Source of the DNA: Candidatus Entotheonellaceae bacterium | GTDB taxonomy: Bacteria > Tectomicrobia > Entotheonellia > Entotheonellales > Entotheonellaceae | Direction: 5' to 3' | Assembly: GCA_965238075.1 (NCBI GenBank) | Contig: OZ250173.1 | Location: forward strand, 608,001-672,000 | DNA: 64,000 bases | Shown here: one piece after another, positions 9,453 to 19,173 of the stretch | Position numbering within the stretch: position 1 is the first letter of the stretch | How the letters are laid out: every line of letters starts with the position of its first letter | Notes under the pieces: model-generated | The model's input: only the letters and a program-made list of their open reading frames with translations | The model's database searches: none | Told to the model about the DNA's origin: nothing | Program-made: the position numbers and the translations under genes

Positions 9453-10244
9453 ATGGATTATGGCATCGAGGGGCGAGTCGCGCTGGTGGCGGCTTCGAGC
9501 AAGGGGCTGGGCAAGGCGTGCGCCATGGGCTTGGCGCGCGAAGGGGCCAACGTCGCGCTTTGCGCCCGCAACGACGACGAACTGCAAAACGCCGCCCAGG
9601 AGATTAAATCGGCCACGGGCGCCGAGGTGTGGGCGCAGACGGCCGACATGAGCCGGCCGGACGACATCGAGAGCCTGATCGGAGCGGCGCGGGAACATTT
9701 CGGTCGCATCGACATCCTGGTCACCAACGCCGGGGGGCCACCGCCGGGACAGTTCATGGACTTCACCGATGACGACTGGCTGGCGGCGCTGAACCTGAAC
9801 TTGATCAGCACCATCCGCCTGATTCGCGGCGTCATGCCGCAGATGCAGGCACAGCAGTGGGGCCGCATCGTCAACATCACCTCGGTGACGGTCAAACAGC
9901 CCTTCGAGGCGTTGCTGCTCTCCAACGTGGCGCGCGCCGGGGTGGTCACCCTGTCCAAGACGCTCTCCAATCAACTGGCCAAGGACAACGTGCTGATCAA
10001 CACGGTATGTCCGGGGATCATCCTGACCGACCGCGTGCGGCAAGTGACGCACAACATGGCCGAGACGCAGGGGATCAGCGAGGACGAGGCGCTGCAGGCC
10101 TACGTCTCGCCCATTCCCATGGGGCGCGCCGGACAACCCGCCGAGTTTGCCGACCTGGTGGTTTTTCTGAGCTCGGAGCGCTGCAGCTACATCACGGGCA
10201 CCGTCACCCAGATCGATGGGGGATTTGTGAAGGGGTATTACTAA
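9453..10244 (+). CDS. SDR family oxidoreductase (3-oxoacyl-ACP reductase-like)
   Basis: MDYGIEGRVALVAASSKGLG, LVTNAGGPP, SNVAR, YITGTVTQIDGG; GGAG RBS before 9453. Confidence 0.9.
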   Translation: MDYGIEGRVALVAASSKGLGKACAMGLAREGANVALCARNDDELQNAAQEIKSATGAEVWAQTADMSRPDDIESLIGAAREHFGRIDILVTNAGGPPPGQFMDFTDDDWLAALNLNLISTIRLIRGVMPQMQAQQWGRIVNITSVTVKQPFEALLLSNVARAGVVTLSKTLSNQLAKDNVLINTVCPGIILTDRVRQVTHNMAETQGISEDEALQAYVSPIPMGRAGQPAEFADLVVFLSSERCSYITGTVTQIDGGFVKGYY

Positions 10245-11214
10245 TGCCCTGCATGGCCTGTAGCAGCAGGGCGTAGAGCAGCGGCAGCATGATCTCGTGG
10301 TGACCGGTCAGCGTGTAGCCGCGCCCGCCGTCCTGGGTCGGGCGGCGCACGACGTTGGCGTCGGTGCGGTAATGCTGCAGCATGTCCAGGTTGACGGTCA
10401 TGAAGCGCTCGACCGCGTGGCCGGTATTGCGGCACAGGGTCAGCGCTTTGAGGAACACCTCGGGCAGGAGCACGGCGGAGCCGACGTTCCAATAGCAGCC
10501 GCCGTCGTGGAGGCCGCGCAGGAGCACGGTTAGGCGCTGGAAATCCGTATAGGTCGCGGCGCCAAGCAGGGCGGCGTCGGTACTGGGATGCATGTGGATG
10601 GTGTCGGCGCCGATGGCGACGTGCACCGTGACCGGCACTTGGCATGCATGCGCGGCGGCAAGGAGGCTGTGTGCCTTGTGCGGATAATCCCCTTCGGCGA
10701 TGGCTTGCCCCACCGCGGCGCCGATGCCAAGGCGGCCCGCGTCATGGGTTTTCAGGGCCTCGTTGATCAGGCGCGGTGTCTCCTCCACCATGCCGAAGGT
10801 ACCGGAACCGAGCCCCTGCGCCACGTCTTCGGACGTCGCGCCGACAAGCGCGACCTCGAGGTCGTGAATGATCGCGGCGCCGTTCAGGACAAGGCCGCTC
10901 AGCCAGCCACGGTGCATCATGTCGATGAGAACCGGGTTGAGCCCGCACTTGATGACGTGGGCGCCCATGGCCAGGATGATGGCCCGTCCGCGCTGGTGCG
11001 CGGCCACGAAACCATCGACAATCTCGACGATATCCAGGCCCTTCAGCAGACGCGGAAACAGGGCGCGCAGATCGCCATTGGATTGCCAAGCCTGCGGATC
11101 GACGAAATCGGCCACGTGCACCTTGTGCTGCCGGTCTCGCACCGAAACCGTGCGTACCCGTTGCAAGGCTTGCAGGTCTTCCGGCGTCACTGGACGAACA
11201 GGCGGACGGGGCAT
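10204..11214 (-). CDS. Deoxyhypusine-synthase-like fold protein (GSU2086-like)
   Basis: AMGAHVIKCGL, NGAAIIHD, GTFGMVEET, VHVAIGADTIHMHP, NVGSAVLLPEVFLKA, GHHEIMLPLL; 3' end overlaps the convergent SDR gene by 41 nt. Confidence 0.7.
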   Translation of the reverse strand: MPRPPVRPVTPEDLQALQRVRTVSVRDRQHKVHVADFVDPQAWQSNGDLRALFPRLLKGLDIVEIVDGFVAAHQRGRAIILAMGAHVIKCGLNPVLIDMMHRGWLSGLVLNGAAIIHDLEVALVGATSEDVAQGLGSGTFGMVEETPRLINEALKTHDAGRLGIGAAVGQAIAEGDYPHKAHSLLAAAHACQVPVTVHVAIGADTIHMHPSTDAALLGAATYTDFQRLTVLLRGLHDGGCYWNVGSAVLLPEVFLKALTLCRNTGHAVERFMTVNLDMLQHYRTDANVVRRPTQDGGRGYTLTGHHEIMLPLLYALLLQAMQGISNTPSQIPHRSG

Positions 11215-11300
11215 CTTAGAATTGCTCCCTCACACAGGACCATATGGGGATACGGTTGCCGGGCATTATAGCAACACGGCTGCACGGTGCGTTCAGTTCT

Positions 11301-11331
11301 GTAGGTCGGATTAGCGAAGCGTAATCCGACA
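11301..11331. repeat. GTAG-family REP element
   Basis: GTAGGTCGGATTAGCGAAGCGTAATCCGACA; copies at 44836-44864 and 58304-58388. Confidence 0.85.
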
Positions 11332-11368
11332 TTCCACTGCGTCCACCTCCTCGATAAGGCAGCGTTTT

Positions 11369-11785
11369 GTGAATCATCCCTCACAAGCAAGTGACAAGAA
11401 GCTGAAACTCTCGGCCCTCCAGCAAGCCATCCTGCACTGGCTGCGGCGGGAGCAGCGCCGACGGCCACAGCTTGCGGACGGCACCGGCATCCCCTACCCC
11501 GACTTGGCGCGCGCCCTCAGTGTTGACCGCGTCGAGTTGTCCGCCTGCCTCCGCCGCCTCATCCGCAAGCGGCTCGTCGTGGCCACCCTGCCGCGCGGTT
11601 CCTGGGTGCGCTACATCGCCCTGACTGACAAGGGAGAAGCCAAACCCCGGCAGGATACACCCACGGAGCCCAAGAAACAGCGCGACCCATCGGACCGGCG
11701 GGACCGCGAACCGCGCCGCTCGCGCCGCAAGGCCAAGACGCGTCGCCGCGATCACCGGACGCCCTTGACTGAAATGGACATGTGA
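11369..11785 (+). CDS. Small winged helix-turn-helix protein with basic tail
   Basis: LSALQQAILHWL...YPDLARAL...LSACLRRLIRKRLV...YIALTDKG is MarR-like wHTH; Arg/Lys-rich C-terminus; stop 1 nt before the next gene. Confidence 0.55.
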   Translation: MNHPSQASDKKLKLSALQQAILHWLRREQRRRPQLADGTGIPYPDLARALSVDRVELSACLRRLIRKRLVVATLPRGSWVRYIALTDKGEAKPRQDTPTEPKKQRDPSDRRDREPRRSRRKAKTRRRDHRTPLTEMDM

Positions 11786-11786
11786 G

Positions 11787-12554
11787 ATGGAAGCTACCGG
11801 CAGCCGCAGGCTGACCCTGTTACATACGGCGGACGTACACCTCGACAACTGGCCCCGAGGCACGACGGAGCCGCCCGGCGCTCATCGTGCCTTCGAGGCT
11901 ATCATTAACCGCGCCCTCGATACGCAGGTGGACATCGTCCTCATCGCCGGCGACCTCTTCGATCACAACCGTGTTGTCGACGAGGTCATCGCCTTCGCGC
12001 AGAGCCAATTGCGGCGCCTGCACTGCCCCGTCGTCATTCTGCCCGGCAACCACGACTGCCTGCACCCCAACGGCATTTACCACCGCCACGACTTCGGTGC
12101 TGCGTGCGGCAACGTGCGGGTCATCACCGAGCTGGACGGCCAAACGATCACATTTCCCGAACTCAATCTGGTTATCTGGGGGCGGGGCATGGAAGCGCAC
12201 GAGCCCGGCTTCCATCCGCTGGCCGACATCCCCGCGCGGCACGCCGAGCCGGCCCGTTGGCACGTGGCCATGGCGCACGGCTTTTTCTACGAAGACTTCG
12301 AGCAACCCGAACGTTCGTCGCCGATTCTTGCTGCCGAGATTCGCCAGACCGGCTGGGATTACGTTGCCATGGGCCACAAACACGTCACGGCCGACCACAG
12401 CCAGGAAGGCGTTGCGGCCTGGTACCCCGGCACACCCCTACCGGAGTGGAGCGCCGCCCCGCCGGGACACGTCCTGCTGGTTGAGTGCTATCCCGAGCGG
12501 GGCATCATCGTGCAGCCGCAACAGGTCGCAGGAGCGTGCAAGGACCGCACATAA
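11787..12554 (+). CDS. Metallophosphoesterase (SbcD/Mre11-like nuclease domain)
   Basis: HTADVHLD, AGDLFD, PGNHD, AHG, YVAMGHKH, YPGTP. Confidence 0.88.
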   Translation: MEATGSRRLTLLHTADVHLDNWPRGTTEPPGAHRAFEAIINRALDTQVDIVLIAGDLFDHNRVVDEVIAFAQSQLRRLHCPVVILPGNHDCLHPNGIYHRHDFGAACGNVRVITELDGQTITFPELNLVIWGRGMEAHEPGFHPLADIPARHAEPARWHVAMAHGFFYEDFEQPERSSPILAAEIRQTGWDYVAMGHKHVTADHSQEGVAAWYPGTPLPEWSAAPPGHVLLVECYPERGIIVQPQQVAGACKDRT

Positions 12555-12790
12555 ACAGCAAGCTGCGCAAAGCGTTCATCCCCGCCATCGCCTTGGCAAC
12601 CGCAGGCTGCGAGAAGCATCCGGCACAATCGGCATTCGAACCCGACCCGATTGTCCACCCGGCCTCCGGGCGCATCGTCTTCAACCGTATATGCGCAGAC
12701 GAAAATCCTGCAGCGTCCAGGCATACGCCCGGATGGCGTCAGAAGACGACCAGGGGCGCCGGACAGCGCGTCGTGGAAGGACCGAAGGCG

Positions 12791-12900
12791 CGGCGCGATG
12801 TCATGGCCAGTCGATCTTGGTTCTCTGCGCCCATCTCAGGACCGCATGACGGGTCAACTCAGTGCCGTTGTCGGAGACGATCAGGGCAGGTCTGGCGCGC
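12791..12900 (-). mobile_element. IS3-family transposase (integrase core) remnant
   Basis: Minus-strand translation RARPALIVSDNGTELTRHAVLRWAQRTKIDW(+1)HDIAP matches the IS3 IVSDNGTELT...WHYIAPGKP core; frameshifted and truncated on both sides. Confidence 0.75.
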
Positions 12901-12936
12901 TTAAGGCATGCCGGCAAGAGGCTGATTCAAATGCCC

Positions 12937-13374
12937 TCACCATCCCAAAATGAACGAGTTGCGGAGCAAGGCAACGGTTTCGCCGTCCTGATTGGTCACC
13001 GTGGTTTCCCGCACCACGAAGCGCATCGTGCCGGTTCGCCCTGTCTTTTCGTAGAGGTCAGCGAGGCGGGTGGTGTAGGTCAGCGTATCGCCGGGATAGA
13101 CGGGGCCGTAGAAGGTGCAGTCGTAACCGGCGTTGATGCCGATGCCCTGGATTGCCATTTCGCGCGGGGCGATGGGTCCGGCACCATGCCAGGTGACGAA
13201 CGTGGGCAACGCGATGATGTCGCGGTAGCCCTGGCCGCGGGCCGCTGCCGCGTCCACGTGCGCCGGGTCGCTGCTTCCGAGAATGCCGACGTAGTCGAGG
13301 AGTTTCTGGCGCGTAACGTGTTGCTCGGTGCGGCTGAAGACTTTTCCCACCAGGCCGCGGTCCCAATTGGCCAT
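12937..13374 (-). CDS. MaoC-like (hotdog fold) dehydratase family protein
   Basis: DAAAARGQGYRDIIALPTF, FYGPVYPGDTL, NQDGETV. Confidence 0.85.
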   Translation of the reverse strand: MANWDRGLVGKVFSRTEQHVTRQKLLDYVGILGSSDPAHVDAAAARGQGYRDIIALPTFVTWHGAGPIAPREMAIQGIGINAGYDCTFYGPVYPGDTLTYTTRLADLYEKTGRTGTMRFVVRETTVTNQDGETVALLRNSFILGW

Positions 13375-13393
13375 CGTCTCTCTCTTCCCGCTT

Positions 13394-14170
13394 TCACCCG
13401 TTCGGTTGACGCTGTCTGGACGCGCGACGCAGCAACACATAGACGGCGCCGGCGCCGCCGTCAGTTGCCGGCGCGGTGGCAAACGCCAGCACCAGACGGC
13501 TCAGGCGCCCGTGGGACAGCCAGAGTTGCACCTGTTCCTTGAGGACGGGGCGATTGTCTCTGGAGTTGCGCCCGCGGCCATGGATGACGCGCACGCAGCG
13601 CTGCCCGGCGGTGTGTGCCTGCGTCACGAACCGCTGTATGACAATCTTCGCCTCTTCGGCCGTGTGGCCGTGCAAGTCGCACTGCGCCTGCACGGCGAAA
13701 TCGCCGCGATGCAGGCGCTGAGCCAGGCGTTGATCGACACCCGGCGCCACGCCCTCCATGTATTCATCCGTGCACTGAATGGAAAAAGCGCCGCGCCCTT
13801 CAACGAAGTCACGTAACTCGTCCAGGGCGTCCGGGTTTTGGTAGGCGCTGACCCTGCGTTGCGGACGCGGCTTGCCCACCTGCCCGCGCGGATCCTTGGG
13901 CAGGGGCGTTACGCCGGCCATCTCGGACAGGAACAACGCCCGCTCCCGACGTGCCCGTTCGTCAGCAGAGACAGTAGCCTGCCTGGACGTGGGGTCGGGC
14001 GTTTGGCGATGCGGAGCAGGGACAGACTTTGGCGTGGATGCTGTAGAGACAGGCCGCGTTGCAACCTCGCGTAGTTTTTCCCTCACCTCACTGAAGGGTC
14101 TGTGGAAATCTTCTTCTTGCGGTGCGGTGGCAAGGATAGGAGGGCGGGTTTTTCGTCGCTTGCGTCCCAT
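13394..14170 (-). CDS. Smr domain-containing protein
   Basis: CDLHGHT, VIHGRG, VLKEQVQLWL, FATAPATDGGAGAVYVLLR; start at MGRKRR. Confidence 0.88.
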   Translation of the reverse strand: MGRKRRKTRPPILATAPQEEDFHRPFSEVREKLREVATRPVSTASTPKSVPAPHRQTPDPTSRQATVSADERARRERALFLSEMAGVTPLPKDPRGQVGKPRPQRRVSAYQNPDALDELRDFVEGRGAFSIQCTDEYMEGVAPGVDQRLAQRLHRGDFAVQAQCDLHGHTAEEAKIVIQRFVTQAHTAGQRCVRVIHGRGRNSRDNRPVLKEQVQLWLSHGRLSRLVLAFATAPATDGGAGAVYVLLRRASRQRQPNG

Positions 14171-14175
14171 GGCCT

Positions 14176-15459
14176 TCACGTCCTGTAGGCACGGTCCAGC
14201 ATCTCGATCGGGTGGAGGATTTCGGCGGCCAGTCCATGCCGCGCAGCCCCTTGGCGCAATTGCAGGAGGCAGCCCGGATTGCCGCTGACGACAACATCGG
14301 GCCGCACCGATGCAAGGTGAGCCATTTTGCGGTCGAGAAGGGCCCCGGCCATTTCCGGATGAAACAGATTGAAGGTGCCGGCGCTGCCGCAACACCAGTC
14401 GCTTTCGGGAACCTCCAAGAGTTCCAGCCCCGGCACCTGCCGCAGCAATTCCCTCGGTTGTTGGCGGATCCGCTGCCCATGCGACAGGTGACACGGGTCA
14501 TCGTACGCCACCCTTAACGGCACGGATTGCAAAGGTTTCCGCAGTGGAACAGCAGCCAACAGCTCGCTGACATCGCGCACGCGGGCGTCAAAAGTCTCCG
14601 CACGCGCCGCAAAATCGGGGTCGTCGGCTAGCAGGTGGCCGTAGTCCTTCATTAACGCCCCGCAGCCCGCGGCGTTGACCACGAACCAATCCGCCCCGCT
14701 CGCTTCAAACGCGCCAATGTGGTGCCGCGCCAGCCGCCGTGCGCTTTCCATGTCATTGGCATGTACCTGCAACGCCCCGCAGCAGGGTTGCGCCGGGGTA
14801 GCCAGGACACGGTAGCCATTCCGCGCCAGCACCCGCACGGTGGCGCGATTTACCTGCGGCAAAACCTGCGGCGTCACGCAACCCGTGAGCAGAAGCACCC
14901 GACCACGTTCCTCGCCGTGCGCAGGCGTTTCCACCGGCAGGGATTGGCGCGCCCTTGCCGGCGGAACGGCGGGCAGGAGGGCTTCCATGACGGCGAGCCT
15001 CGGCGCCAGCCGGGGCAGAAAGCCGCTCCAGCGCACGAACGCCTGCATGCCACTGATCTGGTACACGCGCAGGAGGGTCGCCAACTGATGCAGGCGGTGC
15101 GGGGCCGGCAGGATGTGTTCCATGAACAGCCGGTACAGCCAACCGCCGAGACGCGATACAGGCTGACCAACAGCCGCGGCAGCGCGTCCAACCTCCAGCA
15201 GCCGGCCGAATTCCACCCCGGCCGGGCAGGCCGTTTCGCAGGCGCGGCAGCCGAGGCAGAGATCGAGGGACGTGAAGATGTCCTGGGCTTCAAGATCGCC
15301 GTCGGCCACCGCGACCATCATGGCGATGCGGCCGCGGGGCGACGCCGCTTCACTGCCGGTGAGTTTGTAGGTGGGGCAGACGGGCAAGCAGAAGCCGCAC
15401 TTGATGCAACTCGTCTCAGCCTGCTGCAGCGTGTTCCGTAAGGCCGACGACTGCGTCAT
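14176..15459 (-). CDS. glcF: Glycolate oxidase iron-sulfur subunit-like (Fe-S/CCG domain) protein
   Basis: CIKCGFCLPVCP, CLGCRACETACP, two CCG motifs, YDDPCHL, SGNPGC. Confidence 0.8.
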   Translation of the reverse strand: MTQSSALRNTLQQAETSCIKCGFCLPVCPTYKLTGSEAASPRGRIAMMVAVADGDLEAQDIFTSLDLCLGCRACETACPAGVEFGRLLEVGRAAAAVGQPVSRLGGWLYRLFMEHILPAPHRLHQLATLLRVYQISGMQAFVRWSGFLPRLAPRLAVMEALLPAVPPARARQSLPVETPAHGEERGRVLLLTGCVTPQVLPQVNRATVRVLARNGYRVLATPAQPCCGALQVHANDMESARRLARHHIGAFEASGADWFVVNAAGCGALMKDYGHLLADDPDFAARAETFDARVRDVSELLAAVPLRKPLQSVPLRVAYDDPCHLSHGQRIRQQPRELLRQVPGLELLEVPESDWCCGSAGTFNLFHPEMAGALLDRKMAHLASVRPDVVVSGNPGCLLQLRQGAARHGLAAEILHPIEMLDRAYRT

Positions 15460-15462
15460 GAC

Positions 15463-16482
15463 TTACAGGTTCGCCTGTGGGACAGCGTAGTTCCTGTCCT
15501 TCTTGTAGAGCTGCAGGCGACCGCGCTGGCAATCCGCCACGATGATCAAATCCCGCTCCACGTCGAACGCCACGGCGGCGGGGTAGTAGAAGCGCCATTC
15601 GGGCTCGAGGCTCTTCACCCGGCGGCGCATCTTGGCCATGTCGGGGTTGGCGTCGATCGACTGCTGGCCCCACTTGGACAGCCATTGCGCGTCGCCGATC
15701 AGAGACGTAATCAGATCCCCATCAGGCCGATAGATGCGCAGCTGGTGGTTCCCCCAATCGGCCACGTAGACATCGTCGTCCGCATCCACGGCGACGCTGG
15801 TCGGGTGGTTGAGGTCACGCGGGCCGTCGCCGGGCTGGCCGAATTGCATCATGACCTGGCCGTTGCCGTCGCGCTTTTGCACCCGACCGTTTTTCCAGTC
15901 GGCCACATAAACGCCGCCGTGCGTGTCGATGTGGATGCCCCATGGGGTGTCCAACTGATCGGGGCCGCTGCCATGCGAGCCCCAGCCCGACACGTACTTG
16001 CCATCCGGGGTAAACACCTGCACGCGATGGTTGCGGCTGTCGACCACGTAGAGTTGGTCATCAGCATCAAAGGCCAAGCCGGCGGGGCCGTCGAGCTCGC
16101 CGGGACCGGCTCCCGCCGTGCCCCACTGTTCGATGAAATTACCGTCGGCGTCAAACACGGCGATGCGGTTCAGCCAGTCGTCTGACACAAAAACCCGCCC
16201 CTGCTTGTCCAGGGCCACGGAATTGGGCCACAACGCCTGCCCAGGGTTGGAACCATAGCGGCAGAACTCGGCGAGCACTTTCTCCTCACCCGGCTCGCCG
16301 ACGAACACCTTGGTAAGCCGCGAGCCATAGTTCGTCTCGTTACCGCGACTGACGACGTACATCACCCCCTGCGACGCCGGCGCGATGGCGCAGGGGTAAG
16401 AGAACCCATCGCCGGCCGCGGCGTTACGGCCGACGGAGTGACTGAAATCATAGACCCGCCCAGCGATTACGGTAGTCAGCAT
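15463..16482 (-). CDS. NHL-repeat beta-propeller protein
   Basis: Repeated GxGPGxLxxPxGIAxD...YVxDxxNxRVQxF units; no signal peptide. Confidence 0.88.
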   Translation of the reverse strand: MLTTVIAGRVYDFSHSVGRNAAAGDGFSYPCAIAPASQGVMYVVSRGNETNYGSRLTKVFVGEPGEEKVLAEFCRYGSNPGQALWPNSVALDKQGRVFVSDDWLNRIAVFDADGNFIEQWGTAGAGPGELDGPAGLAFDADDQLYVVDSRNHRVQVFTPDGKYVSGWGSHGSGPDQLDTPWGIHIDTHGGVYVADWKNGRVQKRDGNGQVMMQFGQPGDGPRDLNHPTSVAVDADDDVYVADWGNHQLRIYRPDGDLITSLIGDAQWLSKWGQQSIDANPDMAKMRRRVKSLEPEWRFYYPAAVAFDVERDLIIVADCQRGRLQLYKKDRNYAVPQANL

Positions 16483-16494
16483 GGATGCTTCCTT

Positions 16495-17628
16495 CTACGC
16501 CTTGGCGATGAACGCCGGACTCTCAAAGGTGCCACCGACAATCGACGGGGCATCCAGTTCCAACCAGTCTTCCAGTAGCGTGGTGTACACCCCACGGAAA
16601 TCCTGGTTCGGCATCAGGTCGCCTTGCGTCAGGTCCTCGGCCTTCAGCGACGGGTATTCGCTATACATGCCGCCCTTGACGGACCCGCCAATGGCGAACG
16701 CCACGCCGCCGGCACCGTGGTCGGTACCGGAGCCGTTGTCGTGCACCCGGCGCCCGAACTCGGTGAAAATCAGCATCGCGACATTGTCAGCGGCATCGTG
16801 CTCGCGCAGGTCGGTGAAGAAAGCACTAACGCCTTCCGAAACCTCGCGCCACAGTTTGGCATGCTCGCCGCCCTGACTGGCGTGCGTGTCAAAGCTGCCG
16901 TGGTCCAGATAGAAAATGCGGGTGCCCACCTCGGCGGTGTGCACCTGCGCCACGCCGCGCAGCTTGCGGGCCACCTTGGAGTCGGGGTACGTGACGCTCG
17001 ATTGGTAGCGCTGCGGCGCCGCCTTGAGAACGTCCGCACCGGCCATGGAATCGAGGCCTGTCTGGCCCATGTAATCCATCACCGCGCCCAGACCGATGGC
17101 CGGGGCGTAGGCGTTCTTGAAGCGCTCGAGCACCTTCAGGCGCTGCTGTCCCTCGATTCCCGGCAGCATGCCGTAGGTCTCCAAGTCGCCGCTGACGCAG
17201 GCCACGGGGACACCGGGCAGCGCCATGGCGCGGTACATGCTCGGGCCGAAACTGACACCAGTCACCACATTTTCCTTGTTGGGGTCGATGTCCCGCAGGG
17301 CGCGGCCCAGCCAGCCCTCCGTGCCGATGGTATCCGGCTCGCAGGTGTGCCAGATGTCCATGGAGCGAAAGTGCGAACGCGGCGAATTGGCGTAGCCGAC
17401 GCCGTGGATGACGGCCATGTCACCGGCGTCGTAAATTGACTTCAGGGCTTCCATGCTCGGGTTGAAACCCAGGGCCTGATCAATCGGGATGATCTGATCC
17501 TCGGGAATACTCACCGCCGGGCGGTTGTCCCAGTACAGCGAATTGGCGTACGGGATGATCGTGTTCAGATAGTCATTCCCGCCGCTCAACTGCAACACGA
17601 CCAGAATGGGTTCTTTTTTCTCTGCCAT
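16495..17628 (-). CDS. DUF1501 domain-containing protein
   Basis: VVLQLSGGNDYLNT, RSHFRSMDIW, FDTH, TEFGRR, GTDHG, DFRGVY. Confidence 0.9.
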   Translation of the reverse strand: MAEKKEPILVVLQLSGGNDYLNTIIPYANSLYWDNRPAVSIPEDQIIPIDQALGFNPSMEALKSIYDAGDMAVIHGVGYANSPRSHFRSMDIWHTCEPDTIGTEGWLGRALRDIDPNKENVVTGVSFGPSMYRAMALPGVPVACVSGDLETYGMLPGIEGQQRLKVLERFKNAYAPAIGLGAVMDYMGQTGLDSMAGADVLKAAPQRYQSSVTYPDSKVARKLRGVAQVHTAEVGTRIFYLDHGSFDTHASQGGEHAKLWREVSEGVSAFFTDLREHDAADNVAMLIFTEFGRRVHDNGSGTDHGAGGVAFAIGGSVKGGMYSEYPSLKAEDLTQGDLMPNQDFRGVYTTLLEDWLELDAPSIVGGTFESPAFIAKA

Positions 17629-17682
17629 AACTGAATCTCTCCCCTGTTACGGTTCAGGCGTGACACACGCCTTAGTGGCTGG

Positions 17683-19092
17683 TTAGTTGAATTGATACTC
17701 GCGCATGGCGACGATCAACTGCAGCATCTCGCCGACCCGCGCTACCGATGCCTCGACCTCTTCCGCCGTGTCCCAGGCCAACAAGCCGCCCTCGCGGGCC
17801 TGCTCCAGCAGCTCCTGCCGGGTATCCGTGCCCACCTGGAGCGGACCCATCAGGTCCAGGCAGCTATCTACGAAGGCATCGGGATCGAGTGGACCCTTGG
17901 TCCTGAGGCGACCGATCATGTCCTGCACGCCAGGCAAATCGGTGCTGCCGACCATCTCGGCAACGAAGTTGATACGGCTCATCAGCGAACCGCTGTTGAT
18001 CCATTCCTTGCCCGTATGCCACCCCTCCACGCTTGGCGGGTTGAGCAAGTCCTGGCCCATGTAGGTTGGCTGCAGGGCCACCTCGCGGCCGTAATCGGGA
18101 CGCGGCAACTCGGCGCCACCGACCAGCCGCAGAGTGCCGACAACCAGCTCCGCCGGGCTCTTCACCTTCGTGAAGTAGGCTTCCTTGAAGAAGTCGGAGG
18201 TGAACAGGGTGGTCAGCATCGCTACCATATCGTAGCCCGACTCGTGGAAAGTGTCGGCCAATGCCGCCACCGCCGCCTCGTCGCGTGGCGGGTTGATCTT
18301 CCAGCTCGGCACCTGCGGCTCGTCGGCCACGAAAAAGTTGTACAGGTGCCGCGCGATGAAGCGGCCGCAGGCCGGCTGCTGCACGACGATATCGATGATG
18401 TCCTCGCCGTTGAAATTGCCGGTGTGGCCCAGGAACTCCTTCTCACCGCCGTCGTGGTCTTCCGCAACGTACTCGAACTCCCAGGGAAAGCGGCCGTACG
18501 GCAGGCGCGGAATCTTGACCGAGAACGTCCAGCCGGTGAAGGCGCGCGACGCCTCACGCACGTCGTTCTCGGTGTAATTCCCCTGTCCCATGGTGAACAA
18601 CTCCAACAGTTCCCGGCCCCAGTTCTCGTTTACGGCGTCCTTGTGGTTCTCGTTGTTGTCCAGCCAGTAAATCATCGCCGGGTCCTTGGCCAAGGCCACC
18701 AACAGGTCGCGGTAATTGCCCATGCCGCGCCGCCGGAACATGCCAATCTGCGCCAGCAGTTGGTCGTAATTGTCCACCTTGGAATTGCCGGTAGCGAAGA
18801 CGTGGTGCCAGAAGAGCGCCATCTTCTCTTCAAGGGGCCGCTGGGTATTCACCATATGGAACATCCAGTTGACGTTCCCCATCGGCGGCATACCGCCCGG
18901 CAGCAGAGCGGCCGGCTGGTAGCGCAGCAGGGCGTATTCGTCCGCCGGCTCGCTGTTGTCGGGGTGAATCAACTCGTGCACCGTCGCCTCGTACCCTTCG
19001 GCGGCGCGGCGCTCCAATTCCTCACGGGGAGCCCCGAAACCGGCCCGGCGCATCAAATGGGCCATCAATCCGACGTCGTGATTGTCTACCAT
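17683..19092 (-). CDS. DUF1800 domain-containing protein
   Basis: AHLMRRAGFG, EKMALFWH, NENWGRELLELFTMG, RAFTGW, PPSVEGW, EYQ at C-terminus. Confidence 0.9.
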   Translation of the reverse strand: MVDNHDVGLMAHLMRRAGFGAPREELERRAAEGYEATVHELIHPDNSEPADEYALLRYQPAALLPGGMPPMGNVNWMFHMVNTQRPLEEKMALFWHHVFATGNSKVDNYDQLLAQIGMFRRRGMGNYRDLLVALAKDPAMIYWLDNNENHKDAVNENWGRELLELFTMGQGNYTENDVREASRAFTGWTFSVKIPRLPYGRFPWEFEYVAEDHDGGEKEFLGHTGNFNGEDIIDIVVQQPACGRFIARHLYNFFVADEPQVPSWKINPPRDEAAVAALADTFHESGYDMVAMLTTLFTSDFFKEAYFTKVKSPAELVVGTLRLVGGAELPRPDYGREVALQPTYMGQDLLNPPSVEGWHTGKEWINSGSLMSRINFVAEMVGSTDLPGVQDMIGRLRTKGPLDPDAFVDSCLDLMGPLQVGTDTRQELLEQAREGGLLAWDTAEEVEASVARVGEMLQLIVAMREYQFN

Positions 19093-19173
19093 TGCTCTCT
19101 CCTCCTCACAGTGTTGACATTCTCCCACACATGGATTCCCGCTGGCTCGAAAGCGGCAGGGACACGCGAGTCG

